Assembly: GCA_963827235.1 (NCBI GenBank)
Contig: CAWHAE010000018.1
Span: 288,001-352,000, forward strand
Direction: 5' to 3'
DNA from: an uncultured bacterium
GTDB lineage: Bacteria > Chloroflexota > UBA5177 > JANWHV01
DNA: 64,000 nt
Within the stretch, counting starts at the first letter, position 1. Each line of letters opens with the position of its first letter. The notes beneath the pieces are model-generated. The model saw only the letters and a program-made list of their open reading frames with translations. It did no database searches and was not told the DNA's origin. The position numbers and the translations under genes are program-made. This document shows positions 35,030 through 45,205 of the stretch, in pieces.

Positions 35030-38000
35030 ATGGAGAAGGATGCGCAAGCAGGGTCCCCGCCGCAGCACATAACGTGGCTGCTGGAAACCACCAATCTTCT
35101 GGTTGGCTGCCGCTCGCTCTTCACCCTCCTCGATCTTGCTTACGATGCCATTCGCGATGGACTTGGCTACGACAGGGTGGAGCTGCTTCTCACAGATCCG
35201 GGCGGCGAATGGCTCTCCTGTGGCATCGGCACGTCACCGGACGGCACCAAAGTGGTGGCGGACGATCGCCTGATCCTGCTTGATACCAATCCCTTCTATT
35301 CCGGGGTGCTCCGCGACCCGCGCATGCAGGTCGGTGGGCCCGGCTTCATCTTTCTCGAGGGACCCGACCTCACTGCCAGCCTCGCGCAGCGTGGCTGGCT
35401 CGCCGGATCTCCCCGCCAGAATCTGCTGGTTGCCCTGCGAACGCACGATCATATCCTCGGCCTGATCTCCGTGGAGAACCTCCCCGGCAATCGCGAGCTC
35501 GGGCGCGACGACGCGCCGCCGTTGGTCGCCTTCGCCAACGCCCTCGCCGCCATGATGGACAACGTGGCAGTGTTGGAGAGCCGCGCACGCAGGATCACCG
35601 CCCTCGACGCTAATCTGCGCAGGCGCGTGGAACATCTCTCGTGGCTCCAGGAAGCCTCCACGCGGCTCGCCACCCTGCAGGACATGGAGGGCGTGCTCGA
35701 CGCTATCTACACCAGTGTTCGCTGGGGGCTCCAATACGACGGCGTGAGCCTCTTCCTGCTCGGCCACGAGCGTGGCAGATTGACCGTCTCGGAAGTGCGT
35801 GGCACCGACGAGTATGGAGAAGCGACGCGAGGGAACTGGTCGACGTACCAGGTCGTGGAAGACGAGAGCATCGACGTGGCGTATCCCGGGCTGTCTCAGC
35901 TGCTGTTGGGCCGCGAGCACTACTACACTGCCGAGATGATCGCGCCAGGCAGCCAGAGGTGCCGCATGCCGCATGCCTCCGGAATCTGCGAGCGGCTCGT
36001 CGCGGCGCTGCGTCACGATGGCGATCTGGTAGGCTATGTCGCCGTGGACAACGGCTCGACCGGCAGGCCTGTCGTCGAGGATGACGCCACGCCGCTGGTC
36101 GCCTTCTGCGCGCAGGCGGCGCTCGCCGTCAGCCGCGCCGACCTCTGGAGCGCCTTGCACGCGCAGAGCACCCGTCTTGCACAACGCGTCACCGAGCTGG
36201 AGTGGCTGCGCGACATCGGCCGGCGGATCAACGCTGCAAGGTCGCTGGACGGCGTGCTCAACGTCGCCTGCCGGGGCATTCGCGACGGCCTGCACTACGA
36301 TCGCGTCGGCATCTGGCTGAGCGACGAGGCGGGCACCCGACTGGAGGAAATGTGTTCCACGGCGTCGGAGGAAGTGCCGGAGGATCGCCGCGGCGTGCTG
36401 ACCCTCAACGGCGAGCGCTCCCTCTACCGGGTGCCCGGCCTGATGGCGCTCATTCATGGCGAGATCTCCAGCTACGTCCTCAGTCCAGGCGATGCGATGC
36501 CCGGCACGCCAAGCCTGCTTCCCGGGCCGCCCTCGGAGAAGCTCATCGTGGCGCTTCGCTCGAGTGAAGTAGTGACCGGATTCATAGTCGTCGACAATCT
36601 CCGCAGCAACAGCCCTATCCTGCAGGATCAAGCCGGGGCCCTGCAAGCATTGGCGAGCCAGCTCGGCACCGCCGTGCAGAATACGCGCCTCCAGGAGATC
36701 GAGCACGCGGAGCGACTCCGCCTTGAAGTCCTGGTGGAGACGGCAAATGCGCTCAACTCCACGCTGGACAGCGATCAGATTCTTCAGGGGCTTGCCAGCC
36801 GCTTGGTGCCCGCGCTTCACGCCTCGCACGTCATCTTTAGCGACGTCCACTCCGGTAGCCGCAAGTGCGTTGCCGTGGCCCAGCGCGCCGCCCCGGGCCG
36901 TGACGCCATCTATCCGCAAGGGCTGCAGAAGTGCCACGATCACAACCCAGTGCTGCGGCGGGTCCTGGCGGAGAACAACGTGTTCTACGGCTCGCTGGAC
37001 CGGCCTGATCTTCCCGAGGGCGAGGAAGCATTCCTCCGGGCGCACGGCCTGATGGCCGAAGTGTTGGTGCCGGTGTCATCGCGCGGCGACACGATCGGCC
37101 TGCTCGAAGTCTACTGGGATCAGGCCGCTACCCTCTCCACGGAAACCGTCATGCTCTGCACGGCGATCAGCCAGCAGGTCGGCATTGCCCTGCGAAACGC
37201 CAGGCTCTACGCCGATGCCTCGCTGCGCGCCGAGCGCGACCCTCTCACCGGACTGCACAACCATCGCGCCCTGCTCCAGCGGCTGGACTCGGCTGTCGGC
37301 AACGCGGCGACGTTCGCCGTCGTCCTGCTGGACATCGACAACTTCAAGCTCTTCAACGATACCTATGGCCACCTCACCGGCGATAGCGTGCTTACGTCGG
37401 TCGCGGCAGTGATCCGCGACAGCTGCAGGGAGGGCGACACCGGCGGCCGCTACGGAGGGGACGAGCTGGCGCTGCTATTGCAGGGTGCGACGCGACAGGA
37501 AGCCGCGACTATCGTCTCGCGGCTGGTCAGTCGCATAAGGTCCAGACCGCACGTCGCTCAAGACGGCTCGCTGGTGCCCATCTCGGTGTCTGCCGGCCTG
37601 GCGTGCTTCCCCGAGGACGGCCACACACGCCGCGAGCTGCTCGCGGTCGCCGACGCCGCCATGTATGCCGCCAAGAGGCATTCAGTACGTAGCTCGTCTG
37701 GGTACGACAAGAGCGGCATGTCCGCGATTCTGCCCGACCTTCCGATGCGCGATGCCGACGATCTCGTGGGCAACAGTCCCCTGGGCGTTCTCGAAGGCCT
37801 GGTCTCTGCGGTCGACGCCAAGGACCGCTACACGCGCGACCACGCCGAGCACGTCGCTCGACTCAGCCTCATGCTGGTCAACGAGCTAGGCCTGCTGCCG
37901 GAGCACCGCCGTACGGTGACGGTCGCCGGGCTCCTGCACGACATCGGCAAGGTCGGCATACCGGACAGCATCCTCCGCAAGCCTGGCGCGCTCACGGCCG

Positions 38001-38359
38001 AAGAGTACAGCCTGATCAAGCGACACGTTCCCTTTGGCGTTGCCATCGTGAAAGGGGTCATCGACGACGCCGCCACCGTGGAGGCCATCGCCTGCCACCA
38101 CGAGCGCTGGGACGGCCTGGGTTACCCCAGCGGCATCGCCGGCCAGGAGATCCCTCTCCTGGGCCGGATCATGCAGGTGGCAGACGCGACCTCGTCGATG
38201 CTGCTGGATCGACCGTACCGGAAGGGCCTCGGCTGGTCCAAGGTCGTCGAGCAGCTGCGAGCCGGCGCCGGAACTCAGTTCGATCCCGGCTTGGTCGAGG
38301 TGTTCATCGGCGCCTTCGAAAGGCTGCAAGGCCAGCGAGAGGTCCAGCTCGCCAGCTGA
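35030..38359 (+). CDS. Multi-GAF diguanylate cyclase / HD-GYP phosphodiesterase
   Basis: Four GAF-like repeats; DPLTGLHN, DIDNFK.FND.YGH, RxxD I-site, GGDEL; HDIGK, HHERWDG.GYP, RPYR. Confidence 0.92.
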   Translation: MEKDAQAGSPPQHITWLLETTNLLVGCRSLFTLLDLAYDAIRDGLGYDRVELLLTDPGGEWLSCGIGTSPDGTKVVADDRLILLDTNPFYSGVLRDPRMQVGGPGFIFLEGPDLTASLAQRGWLAGSPRQNLLVALRTHDHILGLISVENLPGNRELGRDDAPPLVAFANALAAMMDNVAVLESRARRITALDANLRRRVEHLSWLQEASTRLATLQDMEGVLDAIYTSVRWGLQYDGVSLFLLGHERGRLTVSEVRGTDEYGEATRGNWSTYQVVEDESIDVAYPGLSQLLLGREHYYTAEMIAPGSQRCRMPHASGICERLVAALRHDGDLVGYVAVDNGSTGRPVVEDDATPLVAFCAQAALAVSRADLWSALHAQSTRLAQRVTELEWLRDIGRRINAARSLDGVLNVACRGIRDGLHYDRVGIWLSDEAGTRLEEMCSTASEEVPEDRRGVLTLNGERSLYRVPGLMALIHGEISSYVLSPGDAMPGTPSLLPGPPSEKLIVALRSSEVVTGFIVVDNLRSNSPILQDQAGALQALASQLGTAVQNTRLQEIEHAERLRLEVLVETANALNSTLDSDQILQGLASRLVPALHASHVIFSDVHSGSRKCVAVAQRAAPGRDAIYPQGLQKCHDHNPVLRRVLAENNVFYGSLDRPDLPEGEEAFLRAHGLMAEVLVPVSSRGDTIGLLEVYWDQAATLSTETVMLCTAISQQVGIALRNARLYADASLRAERDPLTGLHNHRALLQRLDSAVGNAATFAVVLLDIDNFKLFNDTYGHLTGDSVLTSVAAVIRDSCREGDTGGRYGGDELALLLQGATRQEAATIVSRLVSRIRSRPHVAQDGSLVPISVSAGLACFPEDGHTRRELLAVADAAMYAAKRHSVRSSSGYDKSGMSAILPDLPMRDADDLVGNSPLGVLEGLVSAVDAKDRYTRDHAEHVARLSLMLVNELGLLPEHRRTVTVAGLLHDIGKVGIPDSILRKPGALTAEEYSLIKRHVPFGVAIVKGVIDDAATVEAIACHHERWDGLGYPSGIAGQEIPLLGRIMQVADATSSMLLDRPYRKGLGWSKVVEQLRAGAGTQFDPGLVEVFIGAFERLQGQREVQLAS

Positions 38360-38713
38360 CCGCGCAGCAGACCGGTTCTGCCGGCCAGGGATTCCGCCCC
38401 ACCTTCGCCGGGACTGCGATCGTACCCGGCAGCCTCCGCACGTGCCCGTCCTGGATACTGTCGTCGCCCTGCATGGACGGTGCTGCCGGCTGCACACGGC
38501 GCATCCCCTAACGGCCACCCTGGCTCATGAACGGTGCAAGTCGGCAAACGAAACCGCAAAGCGCGCCGCGGATATTCCGGCGGCGCGAAGATACTATATC
38601 GATCTACAATCCCTTATCATGAACGTCGTTGGCAGGTTTCCCCGCTCCGGATAGGGGCAGTGTCGCCTGTATAATCCTAGTATTCTTTTCATTCATTGGG
38701 GAGGGATATTGCG

Positions 38714-40357
38714 ATGCGTGGTCGGCTTTCCTCGCACGGTCTGCGAGCGCTCTTGACGATTGCGGTCGCATCCGCCTTGCTCGGTGGAAGCGTGCACACG
38801 CCTGCTACCGCTGCCGGCCTTCCTAAGGGCGGCACCTTGCATACGGCATTCGACGCCGATTTCTCCACACTGGATCCGGCCGTGGGCTATGATCCGTTCG
38901 CCTGGACCGGCGAGCATGCCATTTTCGAGGGATTGCTCGACTTCGCGTCGGCGCCGGGTAGTGCCGGCACCAATCTGGTCCCGCGGCTCGCCGCGAGCAT
39001 GCCGGTGATCTCCCAGAACGGGCTGGTGTACACGTTCACGCTCAGACATGGCGTGCATTTCCAGGCCCCGGTCGGCCGCGAAGTCACGGCCGACGACGTG
39101 CGCTATTCCATCGAGCGTGCCCTGTCACCGCGCACGCCCAGTGCGGCCATGAGCGGAAGTCCGTTCTGGTCCGATCTTCAAGGCGTCGACGCGTTCTGGA
39201 ACAAGAAGGCTGATCATATTTCCGGCATCACAGTCAACGGCAAGTACGGCATCACCTTCCGCCTCACCCAGCCGGACCAGGCGTTCCTCGACGTGCTGAC
39301 GTTGCCGTTCAGCTCCGTAGTGCCACACGAGTGGGTTGACAAGTGGGGAGCGAAGTTCAGCGATCACGCGCTGGGCACCGGCCCGTTCGTGCTTCAGAGC
39401 TGGACGCACGGCCGCCAGATGGTATTGGCGCGCAACCCCAGCTACTATCGCGCGGGCGTGCCCCTGGTGGACAAAGTGGTGATCGACTTCAATGTCTCCG
39501 ATCACCTGCAGATCCAGCGAATCGAAGCCGGCGCCCTCGACCTCGGCGGCAATCTGGTGACCGCAAACGACTTCTTGAGCCTGAAGAACGATAGCAGCTG
39601 GTCGAAGTATCTCACGTCGGAACCCGACATTCAGGTTACCTACCTCGCCTTCAATCTGAATCAGAAGCCGTTCCAGGGCAACCTCAAGCTGCGCCAGGCC
39701 ATCAACATGGCGATCAACAAGCCATTCATTCTGCGCCTGCTCAACGGGCGCGGAATCCTGATGAACGGCATCCTGCCTCCGACCATGCCGGGCGCCAACC
39801 CAAGCTTCACCTACTACAGCTACGATCCCGCCAAGGCCGCCACGCTGTTGAAGCAGGCGGGTTACAAACCCGGCGACCTCACTATTCCGCTCACCTACCA
39901 GCAGAGCGGCGACTTCGACAAGGTGGCTCAGGAGATCCAGAGCGAGCTGGGCTCAATCGGCATCAAGATTCAGCTCAAGCCCGTGTCGGCCGATAGCTGG
40001 TACAGCACTGTTGCCTACACGCAGAAGGAGGGTCCGCTCGTCCTTGCCCCCTGGGGACAGGACTATCCGGACCCATCCGACTTCTTCGACCCCATCCTCA
40101 GCTGTGGCAGCAGCAGCAACGCCGCCTTCTACTGCAATCACAAGGTCGACGCCCTGGGAAACACGGCACGCGGCCTCATGGATTCCACCAAGCGCTACGC
40201 CGTCTACCGGCAGATGGAGACGCTGGTGATGGCCGACGCCCCCTGGGTGCCGCTCTATGACAACGTGCTCTACGACTTCCACGGCCCGCATCTGCTCGGG
40301 TTCTACATCCCGCCCGTGTGGCCGTTCGACTACGCGGACTACGCAATAAGCGGCTGA
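38714..40357 (+). CDS. Peptide/nickel ABC transporter substrate-binding protein (family 5)
   Basis: Signal peptide; TLDPA, YTFTLR.GV.F, TADDV.YS.ER, GTGPF, LRQAI..AI; TATAAT at 38670-38675. Confidence 0.92.
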   Translation: MRGRLSSHGLRALLTIAVASALLGGSVHTPATAAGLPKGGTLHTAFDADFSTLDPAVGYDPFAWTGEHAIFEGLLDFASAPGSAGTNLVPRLAASMPVISQNGLVYTFTLRHGVHFQAPVGREVTADDVRYSIERALSPRTPSAAMSGSPFWSDLQGVDAFWNKKADHISGITVNGKYGITFRLTQPDQAFLDVLTLPFSSVVPHEWVDKWGAKFSDHALGTGPFVLQSWTHGRQMVLARNPSYYRAGVPLVDKVVIDFNVSDHLQIQRIEAGALDLGGNLVTANDFLSLKNDSSWSKYLTSEPDIQVTYLAFNLNQKPFQGNLKLRQAINMAINKPFILRLLNGRGILMNGILPPTMPGANPSFTYYSYDPAKAATLLKQAGYKPGDLTIPLTYQQSGDFDKVAQEIQSELGSIGIKIQLKPVSADSWYSTVAYTQKEGPLVLAPWGQDYPDPSDFFDPILSCGSSSNAAFYCNHKVDALGNTARGLMDSTKRYAVYRQMETLVMADAPWVPLYDNVLYDFHGPHLLGFYIPPVWPFDYADYAISG

Positions 40358-40459
40358 GCGGCCGATCACGCGCTTGGCAAGGTACCGGTTGATCGATCGA
40401 GGTCCGTCCTGCCGTCGCCGGCCGTAGAGCAGAGTCACGCCGCAAGCGAAGGCCCATGT

Positions 40460-41395
40460 ATGCAAACATTCGATCGTGCCGACGACGGCGGCCCGGCCGC
40501 GGACGACTCCGAGAGCCTGCCGCCCGCGCACGGCTTCTGGTGGCTATTCTGGCGCCGGCTGCGCAAGGACAGACTGGCACTGGCGGGTGCGGCCATCATT
40601 CTTGCCCTGGTGGCAATGGCCGTCGCCGCGCCGCACCTGGCTCCGCACGATCCCGACCAGCGCTTCTACAACGGGATCAGTATGGAGGGAGCGCCCCTGC
40701 CGCCGGGCGACAACGGGTTCCTGCTCGGCACCGACGCTAACGGCCGCGACCTGCTGAGCAGGCTGATCTGGGGTGCGCGCGTCTCCTTGCTCGTAGGCAT
40801 CGTCGCCAACGCGGTGGCCGTGGGCATCGGCGTGGCGCTGGGCGCCGTGGCCGGCTTCTACCGCGGCATCGCCGGCACGCTGATCATGCGCTTTACCGAC
40901 GTCATGCTCGCTTTTCCCGTTCTCTTGTTGGGCGTGGCGCTGGTCTCCATCCTCTCGCCCGGCATACCGGTGATCATCATGGTAATCGGCCTCGTGAGCT
41001 GGACGAGCATGGCTCGCATCATTCATGGACAGGTGGTGTCACTGCGCGAGCGCGACTTCGTGGAGGCCGCGCGGGCAAGCGGCGCCGGCGGCGTGGGGAT
41101 TATCTTCCGGCATATCCTCCCTCATCTGGTCTCGCCGATTATCGTCTACAGCTCGCTCGGCGTGGCGACCGCGGTGCTCTTCGAGGCGAGCTTGAGCTAC
41201 CTGGGTATTGGAGTGCAGCCGCCGGATCCGAGCTGGGGCAAGATGGTTGCCGAGGGCGCCAGCCAGGGCAGCGGCTTCGCCTATCCCTGGCTGCTGCTGT
41301 TCCCCGGCGCTGCAGTGTTCCTCACCGTCCTGTCCTTCAACCTGCTCGGGGATGGGCTGCGTGACGCGCTCGACCCCACCATGCGCGTCCGGTGA
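40460..41395 (+). CDS. Peptide ABC transporter permease (DppC/OppC-like)
   Basis: LGTDANGRDLLSRL, FVEAARASGA, RHILP, SLSYLGIG, FNLLGDGLRDALDP. Confidence 0.93.
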   Translation: MQTFDRADDGGPAADDSESLPPAHGFWWLFWRRLRKDRLALAGAAIILALVAMAVAAPHLAPHDPDQRFYNGISMEGAPLPPGDNGFLLGTDANGRDLLSRLIWGARVSLLVGIVANAVAVGIGVALGAVAGFYRGIAGTLIMRFTDVMLAFPVLLLGVALVSILSPGIPVIIMVIGLVSWTSMARIIHGQVVSLRERDFVEAARASGAGGVGIIFRHILPHLVSPIIVYSSLGVATAVLFEASLSYLGIGVQPPDPSWGKMVAEGASQGSGFAYPWLLLFPGAAVFLTVLSFNLLGDGLRDALDPTMRVR

Positions 41396-42312
41396 TCGTC
41401 TACGTCGTTCGCCGCTTGATCTGGGGCGTAGGGGTACTGTTCGGCGTCGCCGTGGTTACCTTCATCCTGCGCTATCTCGTGCCCGCCGATCCGGCGCGTA
41501 TCATCGGCGGCTTGCACGCCACACCGCAGGCCCTGGCCGCCATCCGGCATCAGTACGGCTTTGACCAGCCGCTTCCCAAGCAGTTCGTGCAGTACATCGG
41601 CAGCCTGCTGCGCGGCGACCTTGGGCCATCCCTCTCCATGGGCACGGACGTGCGTTCCGTGCTGCTCGATCGCGCCCCCTACACCATCGAGCTGGCCCTC
41701 GCCGGCCTGGTGGTTGAGCTGCTGGTAGGCATTCCGATCGGCGTGCTGTCGGCGCTTCGTCACGGCTCGTTGGCCGACCGGATGGCGGTGCTGTTTGCGC
41801 TCTGCGGGCTTTCCACCCCCACCTTCTGGCTCGGCCCCGTTCTGCTGTCGATCTTTGCCGTACACTGGACGCTCTTTCCTGCCGGAGGCGCCGACGGCGC
41901 CCTTGCCCTCGTGCTGCCGGCCTTCACCCTGGGTCTTTCGGGCGCGGCGTGGTACACCCGGCTCATCCGCTCCAGCATGCTGGACGTGCTGAGCAGCGAC
42001 TACATTCGCACCGCCCGCGCCAAGGGGCTGCCCTGGCCGGATGTCGTCCGCAAGCACGCCTTGCGCAACGCCCTGACGCCGATCCTCACCCAGATCGGTC
42101 TGGACATGGCCTATTTCCTGGGCGGCGTGATCGTGGTGGAGAGCGTGTTCGACTGGCCTGGAATCGGCCAGGTGGCCGCGATCGCGATCGGCAACGACGA
42201 TCCCAACCTGATCATGGGGGCCGTGCTCTTCGGAGCGGTGGCCGTCGTATTGGCCAATCTGGTGGTCGACATCCTCTATGCGGTGCTCGATCCGCGCGTG
42301 CGCCTGGACTAG
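41392..42312 (+). CDS. Peptide ABC transporter permease (DppB/OppB-like)
   Basis: GDLGPS, DYIRTARAKGL, HALRNAL, ESVFDWPGIG, YAVLDPRVR. Confidence 0.93.
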   Translation: MIVYVVRRLIWGVGVLFGVAVVTFILRYLVPADPARIIGGLHATPQALAAIRHQYGFDQPLPKQFVQYIGSLLRGDLGPSLSMGTDVRSVLLDRAPYTIELALAGLVVELLVGIPIGVLSALRHGSLADRMAVLFALCGLSTPTFWLGPVLLSIFAVHWTLFPAGGADGALALVLPAFTLGLSGAAWYTRLIRSSMLDVLSSDYIRTARAKGLPWPDVVRKHALRNALTPILTQIGLDMAYFLGGVIVVESVFDWPGIGQVAAIAIGNDDPNLIMGAVLFGAVAVVLANLVVDILYAVLDPRVRLD

Positions 42313-42577
42313 CTCGAGCCCTCCTCGCGACTTCTCCTGCCGCGAACGGAGCGGTCGCGGTCGAGGATTCGCACTGAGATCCCGCCGGCTGCCCAGGATA
42401 CCGGCCGATCACCGGATGGGCGCAGGCACATGATGCCGCGGAAAGCCAGCCTCGAACCGCGACGCCTACATCTCCCGACCCCGAGCCGGGTGCAGCCGCG
42501 CAGACATGACCGCGCCTGGCTCCCGCGGTTCCGCGGGCTCCGGCCGGCGACTGTCCGGCAGGTACCGCCGAAGCCGG

Positions 42578-43414
42578 TCAGGCTACGCCCGCGTGCTCCA
42601 CCATGGCTGCGCTCTTCTCCCAGAGGCCCCTGGCCAGTTCGGCGTCGTCCGCCTGCTTGTTGGCCTTCGCAACCTTCCTCTTCTCGTAGTATTCGCCCGA
42701 TTGCCAGTCCTTGCCGGGGGTTCCCTGAGCAAGCCAGACCATGCAGTCCGCGCCCTTATCCGGCCGGATCAGCGCGAGACGCTTGAGCGGTGTGCGGTAG
42801 AGGAATCGCATCAAGCTCGTGGTGTCCGATGCGAAGCTCGTCGCCACGTTGCCCGGATGAAAGGCGGCGGCGGACAGGCCCCGGTCCCGGAACCGGCGGT
42901 GCAGCTCCTTCGTAAACAGGATGTTGGCGAGCTTGCTGTCGCCGTACGCCTTGTTGGCGGAATACTTCTTATCGTTGTTGAGATCGTCCAGATCGATGTG
43001 GCCGAACAGACGATTCGCCACGCTGGACGTCTGGATCACCGAGGCCTTGCTGCCGATCAGGGTGTCCATGAGCAGGCTGGTGAGCAGAAATGGCGAGAGA
43101 TGGTTGACCTGCAGCGTCTTTTCAAACCCGTCCACGGTGCGGTTCCGCTCACCGAAGATGCCGCCAGCGTTGTTCATCAGGACGTCGATCTGCTTGTATC
43201 TCGCCTTCAGCTCGGACGCCAGTCTTCGTACCTCCTCGAATCGGGTGAAGTCGGCTATGAAGCAGGTGGCGCCGATCTCCGCGGCGACCACCTTGGTCTT
43301 CTTCGCGGAGCGTCCGACCACGACGACGTTCTCGCCGCTTGCCTTGAGGCTTCGGGCGGCCGCGGCGCCGATGCCGTCGCTGGCTCCCGTTATGATGATG
43401 GTCCTGTTTCTCAT
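42578..43414 (-). CDS. SDR family oxidoreductase (retinol dehydrogenase-like)
   Basis: TGASDGIG, NNAG, VNHLSPFLLT, YGDSK (YxxxK), HPG. Confidence 0.92.
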   Translation of the reverse strand: MRNRTIIITGASDGIGAAAARSLKASGENVVVVGRSAKKTKVVAAEIGATCFIADFTRFEEVRRLASELKARYKQIDVLMNNAGGIFGERNRTVDGFEKTLQVNHLSPFLLTSLLMDTLIGSKASVIQTSSVANRLFGHIDLDDLNNDKKYSANKAYGDSKLANILFTKELHRRFRDRGLSAAAFHPGNVATSFASDTTSLMRFLYRTPLKRLALIRPDKGADCMVWLAQGTPGKDWQSGEYYEKRKVAKANKQADDAELARGLWEKSAAMVEHAGVA

Positions 43415-43839
43415 GATGGCTCCCTTGCCCTTCTAGAACGCCTGGAGATCGTACGCGTGGTCCGGGCCGGCACAGACGCGATGAGCATCCCGAACGGTCG
43501 CGAGAACTGCCCCGGCCGGCGACAAGTGATCGCCCGCTTTCTACCTGCCCACCGGCCCGGGGAGCGCCGGCGCAGGCACCATTCGCCCGCGCGGCTTGCA
43601 TGCGATCGAGCCTCGCCGGGTACGCGGGGCGCAGACTCGTCGGACTCTGCGCAGCACGCCTCATGCGCACCGGGTTGCCGGTGGGCGCTCGATCGCTCAT
43701 AGCTGCAAGGATACATCGAGTACGTGGCGAGAGACCGGTCGCTCCTCTGGCGCAACGCGTAGTTGCCGGACCTGTTATGCCTAAAGAGAGCGGGGCCTGG
43801 CACTGATCCCCGCTGCCACGCATGCGTAAAGGACGAGCG

Positions 43840-44328
43840 ATGACGACAGAGACAACACCGGCCGTCGGCCAACCGGCTCCCGCTTTCACATTGCCCACGA
43901 CCGGCGGCCAGACCATTTCTCTCGAGGACTACAAGGGCAAGCAGGCCGTGGTACTGTACTTCTACCCGGCGGACGACACGCCGGGCTGCACCAAGGAGGC
44001 ATGCGCCTTCCGCGATATGGGTAGCCAGTTCGCGGACGCCGGGGCCGTAATCCTCGGCGTGAGCCCGGATCCCGTCGACTCCCACGCGAAGTTTGCCGGC
44101 AAGTATTCGCTCAACTTCCCCCTGCTGGCAGACACGGATACGGCCGTAACCAGGGCATACGGCGCCTGGGGTGAGAAGACCAGCTACGGCAAGACGTCCG
44201 TAGGGCTGATCAGGACGACGTTCGTGATCGACCGCCAGGGCATCATCCGGCAGGTCTTCCCAAAAGTGAAGGTCGATCAGCACGCCGACGAGGTGCTCGA
44301 CGCAGTGCGCGGGTTGAGCGTCAGCTGA
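43840..44328 (+). CDS. bcp: Thioredoxin-dependent peroxiredoxin BCP/PrxQ
   Basis: LYFYPADDTPGCTKEAC.FRD, LNFPLLAD, RTTFVID. Confidence 0.94.
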   Translation: MTTETTPAVGQPAPAFTLPTTGGQTISLEDYKGKQAVVLYFYPADDTPGCTKEACAFRDMGSQFADAGAVILGVSPDPVDSHAKFAGKYSLNFPLLADTDTAVTRAYGAWGEKTSYGKTSVGLIRTTFVIDRQGIIRQVFPKVKVDQHADEVLDAVRGLSVS

Positions 44329-44335
44329 TCGCTGC

Positions 44336-44902
44336 TCAGGTCTCCCGCGCCAGGCTCAGGCGGCGGCGGTAGGTGCGCGTCTTGCTGCGGTTCCCGCATT
44401 CGGCCATGGCGCACCACACCCTGGATTGGTTGCGTGACCGGTCGAAGAACGCCCACCGGCACGTCTCATCGCGGCAGGCCTTCAACTGGAGCCAGCTCCG
44501 GTCGACAATCGACCTGACCATGGCGGCAAGGATCTGCCCGAGGGCGCCCGCCACGCCGCCCGCGACCGGCGTTACCTCGAGCTGGTCCGCGGCACAGAGC
44601 CGTATGACCAGACCCGACGCCGCCAGCGCCCGATCGAGAACCCGAATCGCGTCGTCCGGCACCGAGTAGCCGTTGTGCTCGAGCAGATGCGCGCGCAACG
44701 CCTCTCTGACGGCCAGCACCCAGGCGTGGTCGTCCGCCGTCAGAGAGGTACCGAAAGGCAGCAGGCCCCGCCGTACGAGCCACGCCTCGGCCTGAAGCGG
44801 GCTTCCCAGCTCCTCTCGATCGTAGGCGGGACAGCCGGTGTTGACGAATTCCTCGATCAACGCCACGTCTTCTGGCATGCGCTCGACCAACCCCAACACC
44901 AT
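44336..44902 (-). CDS. ABATE/CGNR zinc-finger domain protein (putative regulator)
   Basis: EFVNT, LKACRDETCRWAFFDRSRNQSRVWCAMAECGNRSK. Confidence 0.9.
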   Translation of the reverse strand: MVLGLVERMPEDVALIEEFVNTGCPAYDREELGSPLQAEAWLVRRGLLPFGTSLTADDHAWVLAVREALRAHLLEHNGYSVPDDAIRVLDRALAASGLVIRLCAADQLEVTPVAGGVAGALGQILAAMVRSIVDRSWLQLKACRDETCRWAFFDRSRNQSRVWCAMAECGNRSKTRTYRRRLSLARET

Positions 44903-44964
44903 CGGCTTCCCCTCGCCACAGCGGGCGCGACTGTGTACGGTGAGTACGGTACCACCGGTGCCCG

Positions 44965-45008
44965 TTGACAGGAAAGCAAACACCACCATACTATGGGATG
45001 GTGGTGTT
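44965..45008 (+). promoter_or_regulatory. Promoter overlapped by an 11-bp inverted repeat
   Basis: TTGACA 44965-44970, TACTAT 44989-44994; AACACCACCAT (44979-44989) / ATGGTGGTGTT (44998-45008). Confidence 0.6.
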
Positions 45009-45205
45009 GCAAGCCGGTACGCCGCACATGCCTCGTGCCACCCAGCCGGTGAGCAGTGGCGCGCGGGTGTCCGGAGCGCGCTAGCATTGGACTCTTAACT
45101 TTACGTCGGCACCTTATCGGTGCGCATTGCTCCATGTGGGAGCAGGCGGTACGCTGTGCGGTACCGCCGGCATGCGGTGCACCTGCTGGGTAGGCGGAGA
45201 GTACG

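Noticed and set aside
35030-36700. Repeated sequence blocks as a mobile element or array
   Set aside because: They are explained by in-frame GAF domain duplication.
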